NCBI GenBank assembly: GCA_023920165.1
Contig: CP089276.1
Coordinates: forward strand, 2,728,001-2,792,000
Direction of reading: 5' to 3'
From: Curvularia clavata
Taxonomy: Eukaryota
DNA length: 64,000 bases
The notes below the pieces were generated by a model, which had not been told where the DNA came from, made no database searches, and worked only from the letters and a program-made list of their open reading frames with translations. A program made the translations under genes and the position numbers. Positions 46,766 through 58,381 of this stretch are shown piece by piece. Position 1 is the first letter of the stretch; each line of letters opens with the position of its first letter.

Positions 46766-49700
46766 TCATCCACAAAGCGGGCATTTCAGCCCCATTCTCC
46801 CCGTTAGCCTCCCCATTTCCTCTGCTCCGTTTTCTGAACCATCACTCCTGTTCAAACATGCCCTATGCCACAAGTGCCTACAGGCAAACAGCACCAGGCT
46901 ACCATCTCCCTGTTGATTATCTGCTTCGCTCTCGTCCAATACATTCGCACGACTTGGGCGTTTCCCTTTCCGTTTCCCGCTGCCCTCGCTGTCATCCAGC
47001 CCAGCTTCTGCCTTGCTTTTCGCCCGTTCAATCTCGCGCTTTTCCCACGATTCCCACACCCCGGGACCGGCACCCGGGCCCCAAGCCCGCTTCTTACATG
47101 CCTCGCAAACTTGACCTCTTGGCCTCCAGCCACGCTTTCTCAACTCGGTAATTTCCTGCACATGCTCGAAGCTTTCTTTGTCGAGGAAACGGTTGGCGAG
47201 GCTGAGAATGGTTTCCTCGAACGTGTAGGCGGCGAAGATTTCTGAGAGCACAGAGCGTAGATCGGAGAGAGATGGTGAGTACGTGTGCGATGCACGGGTA
47301 AGGAAACATCGTAGAATGCGGAGGAAGGAGGGGTTAGATTGTGGTTTTGATGTCAGATGACGTAAGGGTGGACGCTCAGTGACGGGTTCAACCCCTGGTA
47401 TTGTTCGAGTGGATTTCCGGTCCGGTGGAATAGTAGTCGATGCTAAGAGAGCTGAGAATGTTTTCTGAATTGAGGAGCGAAGGGTAGAAACGATGCGCGC
47501 CGTATCGACGGTGTCAGCTTGGGTAGTGTTTGACGAGGTAAGAAAAGTATCGTGCTCAGCTACAGCACTCGAGGTATCCCTGATGAGACGTACGGAGGTG
47601 TCAACAAGGTCGAGCCATAACAGCTCGTCCAAGGCAAGATCTGTCTCCCGCACTTCACCATAGGCCGACTTGCGCCGATCGATAGTGGATTCTGGTGTTC
47701 GCTCTGACATCCTTGTTTGCCCTTGACACAGCCATATGCCGACCTTGATATATTTTTGGATATCTTCAAGGAGATCGTGAATTGCCTCCTCTGTATTTCC
47801 TACATCAGGTGTCTCGGCGGCACCATTAATGAGCCCTGTCAGGGCGGTCTCGAGTGTACCTAAGTGCTTCACCAATCGATCCATGGCCCCTTGCACTAGC
47901 CCATCGCGCGCCATGAGTACAACTGCAGCATCAATGACACCGCTCTTCTCTAGGGCTGGAAGCACGGGCTCCAACTCGAGATCGCCCGATTTTAACAAGC
48001 TGACAAAGTCTGCCACATGCGAACTGTTGTAGGTGCACATGAGTTGCACGTATCTTTCGATGAACCCAGCCGGAAGAGATTCATTGATGGATATGTTGCC
48101 ACCTGTCTGGGTATGCTCTGGCTCGATGAGAGCCTTAAGAAAATGATATTGAGCATCGGTGTCTTCTTTGATGGCGTCTAGGACTGGTTCTAGAAGATCT
48201 GGTGCATATTGTTTGAGTGTCACTGCAGCTTGCGAGGCGTCGACAGCGGCCAGATCAGTGGCTCGGTCGAGTAGGACTGTTTTGATGTCGCTGAGCTGCT
48301 TTTTGGTGAGGCCCTTGTTGGGCCGCAGAATGTCGGCGATGCACGCAAAAACTGAATCCTCCTCCTCTTCCTCGTCGAGGTAAGTTTCGAGCAATTTGTC
48401 ATACTGTTGCACGGCGCGGTAGACAGACTTCAGTACACGATGAAACCCAGCCTTCTCAAACAATGGGACAAGGCTTTGCGGAGTTGGTGGATGGTAGATG
48501 GAGATCAGGTACTCAACGGAAAGCTGACAATCTTCCTTCATGGCTTCAGCAGGATAGTTGCAGAGACCAACAAGTACTTGGTGTAATGACGTTCCTGGGA
48601 GCATAATGTGCTGTGGGTATTTGGGCAGGTTTCTGGCGACAAACATGTAAAAATAGATAATGTCGGCCGGATCAAAATTATCGGCGTTCATGATACTGAA
48701 AAGGTAATTGATAATAGACTGCCGAGTTGGTGTGAGAGCAGACCCGCTCTTTGTGCCGTTAAGCTGTGTACCATTAGTCAGGTCCTGTTCCCCGTTCAAG
48801 AAACTGTCTTCGAAAGCCTCGTTCAGCATGCTCATGAAGCTCGAGGCGTCAAAGTCCAGGATCAGTTGCAGGTAAGGAAAAGGCGGCTCGGGGCTGTTGT
48901 CTGTTTGCGTTGTAATGATCTTCCCAGAATTGGGTGGCCATTGCAAATTCTTTCCCGAAAACAAGAATCGGTACATATCTTTCTTTGCACTGTAGGCCTG
49001 ATCGTCGTCCATGAACGCACCTCCAGGATAGACTCGTCCTGTAAAGGTGTACGCAAGGTAGGGGAAGATCTTGTTAGCCGCAGTGAGATAGATGTTCTCC
49101 GTTTCATCCACATCGAAGTCTACCAGCTTGATGAGCTCTATGATGCTGATCAGAGGTGTAATGTAATCCCCGATTGCATTGGTCCAGACGTATATCAGGG
49201 CGTCATACAAAACGTACTGCTGGCAGAGCGTCGTGACCTGGTTCAGGTCCATCGTGTCTGTGCTGAGTCGGCATATCATCTCTTCAAGTTGGGTCGAGCG
49301 GTTCGCTGATGCGTAGAAGGTGATGAGGTCCTTCAAAACATTGGGTGGAATGGAATCGATCTCTTCGTCTTGTATATAAGGCTCAAGGGTCTCGAAGAAG
49401 GCTTTCTCCGCCGATGCTTCCTCGTAGGTGTCATACACATCTTCGAAGAGGAAGTCGAGCTCTTGCATACTCATTAATGCAGCGAACACCACCTCGGCCA
49501 GCTCTTTCAATCGTAATTCTCTTGCCTCTTGATTGGTATCATTATCTTGTGAGAAGGAGTATTTGAGTGACGCTGTAATCATCTCAAGCAGTTTCGGTTG
49601 CACTAGGGCATGCCGCGCTTCATCATCCTCGGGTAATCCAACAGTAATCTTATCTGAATCGCCAACATAATATGAAGTTGCGAGACCAAGGGCAGCAATG

Positions 49701-51571
49701 TAATCACCATCTTCCATCAGTGCTAACAAACGATCTGCCCAATTTGAAAGAGTACCAATAGAACAGTCATTGAAGCCTAGGAGAAACATGCGACCCTTGT
49801 ATACTCTAAAGCTCATGTAAAAGGCGTCTGCTACAACGCCATGCATCGACACGTCGTTTTCGTCGAGCTGCTCAACGACAGGTTTGAGCTGGCGCGAGAA
49901 AAGATCTGAATGGTAGATGTGCTTTTGCAACAGATCAAACGAGTCTGTTACACGTAGCGTGTTGTCTTCTAGAATCATCAAGCGTTGACTGATCGTTAGC
50001 ACACCAAGCACCGATCTGCTGAGCCACTGAACAGCGACAATAGCCTCTTCTGCCTTCCATCGGCTTCGAGGCTTGAAGTGAAGCTCCGGCGGCTTATCCT
50101 TCTCTGTAGAGGCCGCTACGTCCGAGTGCACATCGAGAACAGTCAAGACGTTGGACCAGCAATAGACAAGCTTGGTTTTGGACACTGTATCGTTGGGTCC
50201 ATTCGCGGTTTTCAGCTTGACAGCTGGAAACCAAGCGAGACATCCACTTAGCGCACTATGTGCTACCACGTCTTTTGGACGAGGAGCTTTGTGTTGTGTT
50301 TGCGCAATAGGCGTCGTCGACACTATTACTAAAAGATAAGGTGTCAAGAGAGCCGTCAGCCCCATGTCGTCGGTGGGCTGTTCCACATTACCAAGAGGCA
50401 GTGGAGCGAAGGCAAGCACAGAGCTCGGCTTTCGCGGTTTTTCCAAAGACTTGGCTGGGAGCGGGTACCTTCCTAGAATCCGAGTCGTCTTGACTGTGCG
50501 ACCTAAAGCTCCCAACCCGCGTGTTGCCAGATGAGAAAATGCCATACCGGCATCATCAGCAGAGACCAATGCTGTGTGGCGCGTTCCCAGGAAGCCCAGG
50601 TGCAGGATTGCTGCGCCAGATATGTGACCGTCTGACTTGCCCTCGTCCAAATGTACTCTGTCCAAAGGTGGGATATGCAGAAAAGGCTTTGCTGGCTTTG
50701 CCAATTCCCATGTGAAGATGTGGCCAGTTGCATGGCCCCCAGCAATGGTAGTGTGATCCGCAGAAATAGCTAATGCAGTGATGGAGCCACACTCCACAGC
50801 CTTTGTACCTGGGCCAATGATGGACTTTAGCACTTGCTGGTAGTCGAAAATGAGAATGAAGCCTTTTGAGGTGCCTATAGCAAGGGTAACGGTAACATTT
50901 AGGCATGTTGGTCGGCCAAAATTGCGCTTGCCAACTTCTGAGAAGACTTGGCTGGTGATTTTTCTAAGTTTGGTCCAGCGAACAACCTCCCATGGTGCTT
51001 GGGGAGTTTCTGACGCGTCATCTGTTAACTGTTGAATGACGAGCTGACTAGACACTGAAGACTGCCGCGAATGGGGGGACAGAAAGCCGGGTGATTGCCC
51101 TCGAGGGGAACCAAGTGGGGATGGTGATAGACGCGAAGAGAAGCGGCGCTCAAAGGGTTGTAAAGACGTCGGCCTGTGCGGTCGGAGGGAGCTATGTGAG
51201 ACGGGCACACTACTTGTAGGTGACGAGATTCCTGAGCCTTGAATTGAGGGAGTATCGTCTGGAATGTCTGTCGATGCGGGACTGTCGTCATTCAAGATCC
51301 TGGATCTTATGGACAGGTCTGATGCCGACTTTTGTACACGTTCTCGTGGACCATTCCGCCTCGTCTTCGCAAATGTCAAGTGCTCAGGACTGTCGTCTAC
51401 CGACTGGACACCATCTGTGCCTTCTTCCTCCTCTTGCCCAGCGCGGAACTCGGCGGCCGCGCCTTCCTCGACACTCTCCTCGTACTCGGCGGAAGCGCTT
51501 CCCCTGAGGTCTATCTGATCTCCATGGTCATTGCGAGCGCTGGAGTGGCTCTCTCCCGAATCTGAGCTCAT
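46766..51571 (-). CDS. VPS8: CORVET complex subunit, vacuolar protein sorting 8
   Basis: 1601 aa single exon with WEVVRWTKLRKI, a WD-like region (GRPT.L..AIGTSKG.ILIFDY.Q), the Vps8 core (LEEMICRL..LYDALIYVW) and a C-terminal RING-like CEAC...C.H.WH..C..CPLC. Confidence 0.92.
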   Translation of the reverse strand: MSSDSGESHSSARNDHGDQIDLRGSASAEYEESVEEGAAAEFRAGQEEEEGTDGVQSVDDSPEHLTFAKTRRNGPRERVQKSASDLSIRSRILNDDSPASTDIPDDTPSIQGSGISSPTSSVPVSHSSLRPHRPTSLQPFERRFSSRLSPSPLGSPRGQSPGFLSPHSRQSSVSSQLVIQQLTDDASETPQAPWEVVRWTKLRKITSQVFSEVGKRNFGRPTCLNVTVTLAIGTSKGFILIFDYQQVLKSIIGPGTKAVECGSITALAISADHTTIAGGHATGHIFTWELAKPAKPFLHIPPLDRVHLDEGKSDGHISGAAILHLGFLGTRHTALVSADDAGMAFSHLATRGLGALGRTVKTTRILGRYPLPAKSLEKPRKPSSVLAFAPLPLGNVEQPTDDMGLTALLTPYLLVIVSTTPIAQTQHKAPRPKDVVAHSALSGCLAWFPAVKLKTANGPNDTVSKTKLVYCWSNVLTVLDVHSDVAASTEKDKPPELHFKPRSRWKAEEAIVAVQWLSRSVLGVLTISQRLMILEDNTLRVTDSFDLLQKHIYHSDLFSRQLKPVVEQLDENDVSMHGVVADAFYMSFRVYKGRMFLLGFNDCSIGTLSNWADRLLALMEDGDYIAALGLATSYYVGDSDKITVGLPEDDEARHALVQPKLLEMITASLKYSFSQDNDTNQEARELRLKELAEVVFAALMSMQELDFLFEDVYDTYEEASAEKAFFETLEPYIQDEEIDSIPPNVLKDLITFYASANRSTQLEEMICRLSTDTMDLNQVTTLCQQYVLYDALIYVWTNAIGDYITPLISIIELIKLVDFDVDETENIYLTAANKIFPYLAYTFTGRVYPGGAFMDDDQAYSAKKDMYRFLFSGKNLQWPPNSGKIITTQTDNSPEPPFPYLQLILDFDASSFMSMLNEAFEDSFLNGEQDLTNGTQLNGTKSGSALTPTRQSIINYLFSIMNADNFDPADIIYFYMFVARNLPKYPQHIMLPGTSLHQVLVGLCNYPAEAMKEDCQLSVEYLISIYHPPTPQSLVPLFEKAGFHRVLKSVYRAVQQYDKLLETYLDEEEEEDSVFACIADILRPNKGLTKKQLSDIKTVLLDRATDLAAVDASQAAVTLKQYAPDLLEPVLDAIKEDTDAQYHFLKALIEPEHTQTGGNISINESLPAGFIERYVQLMCTYNSSHVADFVSLLKSGDLELEPVLPALEKSGVIDAAVVLMARDGLVQGAMDRLVKHLGTLETALTGLINGAAETPDVGNTEEAIHDLLEDIQKYIKVGIWLCQGQTRMSERTPESTIDRRKSAYGEVRETDLALDELLWLDLVDTSVRLIRDTSSAVAEHDTFLTSSNTTQADTVDTARIVSTLRSSIQKTFSALLASTTIPPDRKSTRTIPGVEPVTERPPLRHLTSKPQSNPSFLRILRCFLTRASHTYSPSLSDLRSVLSEIFAAYTFEETILSLANRFLDKESFEHVQEITELRKRGWRPRGQVCEACKKRAWGPGAGPGVWESWEKREIERAKSKAEAGLDDSEGSGKRKGKRPSRANVLDESEADNQQGDGSLVLFACRHLWHRACLNRSDGSENGAEEMGRLTGRMGLKCPLCG

Positions 51572-51997
51572 GAGGCTCGTTCTGCACGCAGCATTTCTTC
51601 ATACGATCATTGGATGGCGACGACGGTGTTGTGACCAAGCTTTGCAGTGCGGCCTTGGGATGGTTGCAGATATGGAATGACGCTTGCGCGGGGGCCTTGC
51701 GGTGGTTCGCGATACGGATGCTGTGGCGGGTAGCTGGCGGTTGGCGGGAGGGGCACGACTGCGCGGTGGCGACGCTGTTGTAGGAAGGATTCGTCGCCGT
51801 ATCTGACGGAATGAGAGGAAGACTACAGAAGACAGGGCGCGTCTGCTGCAGAGGTCTGGCAAGACTTGAGCAGTTCGCAGGCGGCCGCAGCTACCGCATC
51901 GTCGGGCAAGGGTCCGAGCTCTCCGAGGACGTCACTTTACTACGCGCGACAGACGGCCCTGTACACATTACACACCCATACACGTGCTGTGCCCACC

Positions 51998-52888
51998 ATG
52001 CCCTCAATAGGCCCATCACTGCCTCCACATCTTTCCAAGCGCAGTCGCGATGATGACGACAGCGAGCGCCACTCGAGTCCAGAATCCAGCGACAAGCGCC
52101 GAAGAGTCGCGGGTCCAGCACCACCACCAGACAGCCGTTCACGATCGAGCAGCGTGGATAGCGATATTGGCCCAGCTCCTCCACCAAGCTCAAAACCAGC
52201 CAGAGTCATAGGACCCGCTCCACCACCTGCGCCTCTCGACGAACGACCCCACGATACTCCTAAAGACGACGACTCGGACAGTAGCGACGATGACTTTGGA
52301 CCTGCGCCGCCACCACCAGGAGGTGCTCAATCAGACTTTGATCTTGGGTCGGCAAAGTCTGCATTCGACACAGAACCTCAGTTTGCAGAGGCTCCCAAGG
52401 CCGCTCAACGCGACGAGTGGATGACTCTGCCGCCTACCCAAGACGACTTAGCTGCACGAATGGATCCCACAAAGATGCGCGCGCGCAAGTTTAATACAGG
52501 CAAGGGCGCTGGCAGTACAGGAGGAATGAGCAGTGCATGGACAGAAACACCCGAGCAGAAGCTCAAGCGACTGCAGGACGAGGCTCTGGGCATCGCTGCG
52601 CCTACTAACGCAGCACCCACTACCTCGGAATCGAAGCGTAGCAAAGAGGAAGAGCGACGCGCACGCAAAATGCGCGAAAAAATCGATGCGACTCGAGGAA
52701 AGAGTCTCGTTGAGCAACATCAAGAGAAAGGCATTGGAAAAGAAAAAGAGGACGATCCCAGCAAGCGCGCATTCGACTATGAAAAGGACATGGCCGTTGG
52801 CGGTATGACTACGCACAAACAGCGCAGAGAAATGTTGAACAAATCCAAGGGCTTCAGTGATCGTTTCTCAAGCGGCAGCTATCTATAG
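51998..52888 (+). CDS. DUF3752 / GPALPP-motif protein
   Basis: Repeated IGP(S/A)(L/P)PP motifs, QRDEWMTLPP, SAWTETP, RGKSLVEQH, DDPSKRAFDYEKDM and C-terminal RFSSGSYL. ATG at 51998. Confidence 0.88.
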   Translation: MPSIGPSLPPHLSKRSRDDDDSERHSSPESSDKRRRVAGPAPPPDSRSRSSSVDSDIGPAPPPSSKPARVIGPAPPPAPLDERPHDTPKDDDSDSSDDDFGPAPPPPGGAQSDFDLGSAKSAFDTEPQFAEAPKAAQRDEWMTLPPTQDDLAARMDPTKMRARKFNTGKGAGSTGGMSSAWTETPEQKLKRLQDEALGIAAPTNAAPTTSESKRSKEEERRARKMREKIDATRGKSLVEQHQEKGIGKEKEDDPSKRAFDYEKDMAVGGMTTHKQRREMLNKSKGFSDRFSSGSYL

Positions 52889-53224
52889 TCTCAACCACCA
52901 GCCTTTGGATCAAATCAATTAGTTGGGAGTATGCAGGGACCACGGATCTAACCCCATTATAGCTTCGATCTCTCTTCTGCCATCGAATTCCTCAAGCGCT
53001 AGAATTGCTATGAAACTAGGACCCTTGTGATATTGTCAGGAGGCTGTGGCGCAAGGAAATGCAGCCTTAGGACGCCATGACGCCATGATGAAGCATGCAC
53101 TCTACAAACTCCTACCAAAGACCACATTTATCGACGTCCTGCCTGATATAGTGCAGACTTACTATCAAATTTTGTGCACACGAGAGATCTTGATAAACAT
53201 AAACCCGTTTCAGATCGAGCACTA

Positions 53225-54104
53225 ATGGCGCCTACTGGGCTGAAAATCCAGCATGTCGCTCCAAGAATCACCACCTTCTCGGTACCTTTCAACCGCTTTG
53301 CACCTTTTGGCTACCGCAAATTTGTTGCAGTTGGCAATCGCGCAACTGCAATTCAACTGCATGATAATCGAGTTCTCCTACTGAATCCCGTCCCACTTGA
53401 TGCAGCTGTGCGTGACGAGCTCGACCGTCTTGGAGGCGTTCACCTCATTGCCTGCGATCTTGGCCATCACATGTATGTCAAAGATTATATTAATGCATGG
53501 CCAGAAGCGAAAACCGTAGGCGTCCCTGGCCTAGACTGGAAGAGAAGAGACATAAAATGGGACTACATCTACAAAGACTGGACTTCGTGTCCCGAGGATG
53601 AATTTGACTTCACACAAGACATCGAAACTGTGTTATTTGAAGGCTTCATTACGTACTGTATCGCCTGGTATCACAAGCCGACTCAGACATTGATACAGTC
53701 GGATCTCATGATGAACTTGCCCTGCACTGAAGTACGTTTTTGCCTCGATCTTGACACCAAAATATCTAACTCGATGCCAGCAATACATTCCAAGCTCCGA
53801 GCTTCAAGGCCCGCTCTCCCGCGAGTTCGCGAAACGTGCAAACCCACGTTCGGTATGGATGAAGCGACTTGTCTATTACATCGCCACAGTCGACTACTCC
53901 CTCATGCGGCGCGATGCGAAAAAGGTAGCACAGTGGCACCTTGTGCGTCTCATTCCTTGTCACGGAGATGTCATTGAAGACGACGGTAACGGGGCCTGGG
54001 ATTCGACATATGCGTGGTTCTTACACGGATCACCACAGCCTAGTGCACTGAAGACGCTTATGAACCCCATTATGAAGCTTGCAAGGCGATTTTTCCTAAT
54101 GTGA
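53225..54104 (+). CDS. DUF4336-like protein (metallo-beta-lactamase-like fold); exons 53225-53731, 53781-54104
   Basis: TFSVPFNRF..VGNRAT.I.L..LLNPV..LGG.V..I.....HHMY....WPEA, YHKPTQTLIQSDLMMNLP.TEQY and W...RLIPCHGDVIE. Intron 53732-53780. Confidence 0.85.
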
Positions 54105-55625
54105 ATGGAGTATATTCCCAAGTACAAGCCAAATATTAAGAGGATGATAGGTTGGCATTGCAAAGAGGCGAGAATGAGGGATTATCGTACAACAAGAGCA
54201 ATCAGAAATCAATTCCAATCCCTTTTGCTTGACAACCTCGTCCCTTTTTGATTTGCAGTATAAGCATATAATTTGACAAAAAAGTTACACGTCCTTCCAC
54301 GTCCTGAATCACTTGCGAAATCGTTTAGGCATCTTTGCTGTCGTCGGGCCTGTGACGAGTCAACATCCCGAAACGCCATCCTTTTCCTCGGGTGCTCTAA
54401 ACTTACGAATTACACTGTACTTTTGGCTGCACATTATACTGAGGTACGACAATGTAACAATTGGTAGTGATGTAAATACAAGAATCACCACCGCCAGGCG
54501 AGAATGCCTGGCAATGCTTGGCCGGACCATATTTGATACTATCTTTTACGTCAGTACCCGCTCTGGCCAGTTCTGGATTCGATTCCAGTCCTTTGTGCCA
54601 ATCCTGAATTTGATAACAAAGAAAAAGAGGAAAGATTTTCAATAAGGAAACATGGGTGGGAAAAGAAAAAGGAACACATGACGTACAGATATGCGCTGCT
54701 ATCAAAATCTAACGACGGCCGAGGGAGAACGATGTTGCTTATATAAACCCGGTAGTACTCGTCTCTTTGCTTCCGTTCAACCCTGAGAATATCACTGTGG
54801 AACCCTTCGCCCTTGCTGTTATCAAGGCATGAGTTGATAATATCGCTCTTTGCTTCCAAACCTTTCTGTTTCCTCAATGTCAGCCAAGAAGTCATGGGGG
54901 TATTTTTGTATTGGGAAAAGCAAGCATGCTTCTATTTGTATGATAGATTAGGTTCTTGCCAGTTTTTGTAGTAAAATGTTTTAGAAGATGATGCATAGTT
55001 TGTCACTTCTTAAGTCTTCTGCGAGATTCAAACCAACCCTACTGAGTTATTTAAAACGGAATTGTCAAATCTCCTTATGTTTAGCTGAGCGGTGAAACTC
55101 GTAAATCTTGGATTGTGTTCTCAGTAAAAACGACCTCCGATGACGATGATAGTTGCTCGGGAAATAGAGGGATTGAGCTCGGCGTAGAAAATATTATTCT
55201 GAATAATTGCGAATGGAGGAAGTTTCGCCGATTGGGCCCCCACAATTCACCGTCTTCACATACTACCGAGCTCTCCCTGAAGAAAAACTATTTTAAATTT
55301 ATCGGCCCTGTAGTCCTGTCGTACGTGAAACCCCGGTCCAATGTAAAATGCGGTAGTGCAAGCTAAGCAACACCGCCATGTGCTGTCTGAATACGAAACC
55401 CCCTCCTGAGGATTGTGTTCTTGCACACCTTAATCATTTCAAGGATTAGTTTCCTAATGTATGCATCGGGCAGGGAAGGCAGTAAGCGCCGATTAAGAGT
55501 GGATATAATAATTGGCAATGAAATGATACATGCCATCTACCAAAGTTCTTCGTCTACGCTCGATAGCTCCAGCACAATTCTCTTGCTTGTCTTTCCATCC
55601 CAAGATACACCTTTCTCCTTTCAAA

Positions 55626-56100
55626 ATGAAATTGCTCCATTTTACTGCAATGCTCAGTCCCACTACTCCGATTATTTGCGGCTGGGTTCTCTTCAACGTG
55701 TTTCAGGACTGGCAAGGAGTGGTCAACAATGCACTGTCTGATATCAAATTCATATCTAAAGCCGCAGCACGAGCATCTGAAAGCGGCTGGTGCAAGAAAT
55801 ATGCTTGGTTCGGTAAACCAATGTAAAAAAAATAAAAAAATAGCCCGCGATGTGCGCGACACAGTCAGCGACAGGGGCACTCCAAACGAGTTACGCGGCT
55901 ACGGTCAATTCTGCGTTCTCAAGTACGCGCAGCGGAGCGCGAGCAACAAGCACCGAAATGCGGATACTTGGGCCCTTTTTGCGCTGACAGCGTACTATGG
56001 TATTGACAAGTTTCAGAAAACCCCTAATTTGATTGGGTGGCATAGGTATGATGAGTCGAAAAGGGATGATGGGCATGATGAGCTAAGAAGAGACGATTGA
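55626..56100 (+). pseudogene. Probable internally deleted relic of a secreted M35/aspzincin-like metalloprotease
   Basis: A signal-peptide-like start and a C-terminal D..GYG..C......NADTWALFAL motif lie in two different frames, separated by a GT..poly(A)..AG segment. No HExxH motif. Confidence 0.45.
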
Positions 56101-56512
56101 GCGAGAGGCTAGATAGGGAGAAGGAAAGTGGGAAAGGTATGGGCTGGATTTGAGGCCTGGGCTTTAGAGTCCCTCAGATCATGAGGAAGAATGAGGAGGT
56201 AGAGCCCGAACTTGCTATGTAGACCCCCTTGTTTCTCTTATAAAATATGAGATGGTTGTATATGTAGTGCACGTGCGATGTATTCATTACAGCCCCTTTT
56301 ATGAGGTAGCAGATGCCCCTTTTTTGATTGACGATTTCGAAGGAAACTTTAGATAGCGAAGGTAAAAACGACGCAAATAAAGCAGGCTTCGTAGCCAGCG
56401 TATCTCGTCGTGCGTTGGAAACCGGTAAATGATTCAGTCAAGGAAAACGAGCGATAGCGAATTATTTATAGAAGGAAAGAGATAACTATATGTACTGAAT
56501 AGAAATAACAAT

Positions 56513-58381
56513 TTACGAAACACGGCACAGTTTGCCATTCTCGTTGGGTAGCCCATCGACGCTTTCTACCCTCCACCTCTCGCTGCCTACGCCCGTCGTG
56601 GCAAAGAAGACATCTTGAGGGTCGAGTTTCTTCTTCAACTCCAACAGCCGAGGGTACTTGTCACCGAAAAAGGCATTGCCAAAGTCGGGCTCCAGACGAT
56701 CAGCCTCAGCAAGGTATGATCCTGCGCCGGGGCTAATGTCCCTCCAAGCCTGCATGTCGCCTGTCTGGAAGTCCTTCCTAATTTTGAGGATTTGTTCGGA
56801 AGTGCTGTTGATTGGCCAGCGGACGGACTGCATGCTGAACGAGACCAAGGGGCGCCAGTGTGAGTTCACAGCATTGTCGGTATTATAAGGGTCTTTGGCT
56901 TGCATGTTGAAGTGAACCTGAACACGGTTGTTTTCACTAGAACGGCGGATGTTCTCGAAGACTTCTTGACGCTTTTCAGCTGTCTCGAAGTTTGCGCGAG
57001 GGAAGAGGCGAGATGCTGTCGCGACGTTGGGCTTTTGGACGGCCTCGAGGGGAAACGAGGAACGCCAGGCGTCGTAGAAGTTGTCGAAGTGAGTGATGTT
57101 GGGATCATATTTGATACCAAGATCATCGAGCTTGTTGAACCACGGCTGAAGAAGAGCGGTGGCTTCAGCCTTGGATTTGCCCGGGGCGAAAAAGGGAGAG
57201 AAGGCAAATGCAAAGGTGCCGTTGGTGGGGATCAAGGTCCAGTATGTGTATGTGCTTGCATCGGCATTGTCAATCCAAGAATCAACATAGGCGCGGATGG
57301 CAGCCCAGAATGTTTCGACGCCAGTGTCTGTGGATTTGAAGCCAAAGCGGGATGCGGTGACTTGGAGGTCGGGATGGGCCTTGACGGTAACGGAGGTGAC
57401 GACACCGAATGTACTTCCACCTCCGCCTCGAAGTGCCCAGAAGAGATCAGTGTTGGATGTGGAGTTGGCAACAACAAACTCGCCATCAGCTGTGACGACC
57501 TCCATGGACAGAACGCTGTCAGCGGCAGTGCCATAGATCGGGGTCAGAGGCGAGTGTCCTCCGCCCTGAATGTAGCCTCCCATCACACCGACTGTCTCGC
57601 CTTCTCCTCCGACAACGACTCTGCCCTTCTCCGCAGCAGCCTTGTAGATTTCAAAGGCCTGAACACCGGCCCCATTCTTGAAGGCAGGGCCAGAGTAGTT
57701 GAGGTTTGCATCCACATACTCCTCAATGTATTCGATGTCCTTCATGTGGTGTGTCCAGATGCTGAGGGCGTCCTTGCCTCCACTCTTTCCGAGGAAATCA
57801 TGGCCAGTGTTCTTGATAGTGAGACGGACGCCTGTGTTCCTGGCAAAGTTCACAGCAAGCTGGACGTGCTTTGGTTCGGTAGCGTTGATGACGTACAGCG
57901 GGAAGCCACCCCGAGTGCAGCCATGGGAATCGAAGAGGACTGGAGGCGTGCAAGTCATGCCTTGTGCTACAGGAGACATCATCTCGATGGGGTCAATCAT
58001 GTGAAGGTATGACTTCTGCCATTCCGAGACAGTGTATCTTGAGCATTCTGCAGCATTGTACTCTTCGCCAGCATAGCATACTGCAGCTCTGGGAGTAGGT
58101 GCAGTGATGACGCGATCGCCAGTGAGCTTGCTCAGTTGTGACCAGGCTTCGTCTGACGGCCACTCTGGATCTCCAGGATAAACTTTGCACTTGGACGTCG
58201 AGTTTTTTGACGGGGTAGAACCAGAAGTAAGAGGGAGAAAGAGGGATTTGACTACAGGAGAGACATTCTGAAGATCAAGTTCCGGAATGAAGACACTGGC
58301 CTCAAGGCTTGCCGACAGGTTGGGAGAAGCTGCGGTTGACGCCACGGCCAGAGCCGCGAGCCAAAACGTTACAGCGGCCAT
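56513..58381 (-). CDS. Secreted FAD-linked oxidoreductase (berberine-bridge-enzyme / isoamyl alcohol oxidase-like)
   Basis: Signal peptide, CKVYPGD..WPS, IKNTGHDFLGKS (flavinylated His motif), GGYIQGGGHSPL, DLFWALRGGGGSTFGVV and C-terminal GSYLAE..FFG..YPRL..LK...DP..VF. Confidence 0.93.
   Translation of the reverse strand: MAAVTFWLAALAVASTAASPNLSASLEASVFIPELDLQNVSPVVKSLFLPLTSGSTPSKNSTSKCKVYPGDPEWPSDEAWSQLSKLTGDRVITAPTPRAAVCYAGEEYNAAECSRYTVSEWQKSYLHMIDPIEMMSPVAQGMTCTPPVLFDSHGCTRGGFPLYVINATEPKHVQLAVNFARNTGVRLTIKNTGHDFLGKSGGKDALSIWTHHMKDIEYIEEYVDANLNYSGPAFKNGAGVQAFEIYKAAAEKGRVVVGGEGETVGVMGGYIQGGGHSPLTPIYGTAADSVLSMEVVTADGEFVVANSTSNTDLFWALRGGGGSTFGVVTSVTVKAHPDLQVTASRFGFKSTDTGVETFWAAIRAYVDSWIDNADASTYTYWTLIPTNGTFAFAFSPFFAPGKSKAEATALLQPWFNKLDDLGIKYDPNITHFDNFYDAWRSSFPLEAVQKPNVATASRLFPRANFETAEKRQEVFENIRRSSENNRVQVHFNMQAKDPYNTDNAVNSHWRPLVSFSMQSVRWPINSTSEQILKIRKDFQTGDMQAWRDISPGAGSYLAEADRLEPDFGNAFFGDKYPRLLELKKKLDPQDVFFATTGVGSERWRVESVDGLPNENGKLCRVS

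Noticed and set aside
54200..55600. AT-richer segment with short ORFs
   Set aside because: No assemblable gene or recognisable family; treated as intergenic.
56900..58012. 370-aa ORF on the + strand
   Set aside because: It is exactly antisense to the FAD oxidase, has no recognisable motifs, and is the typical shadow ORF produced by codon bias.
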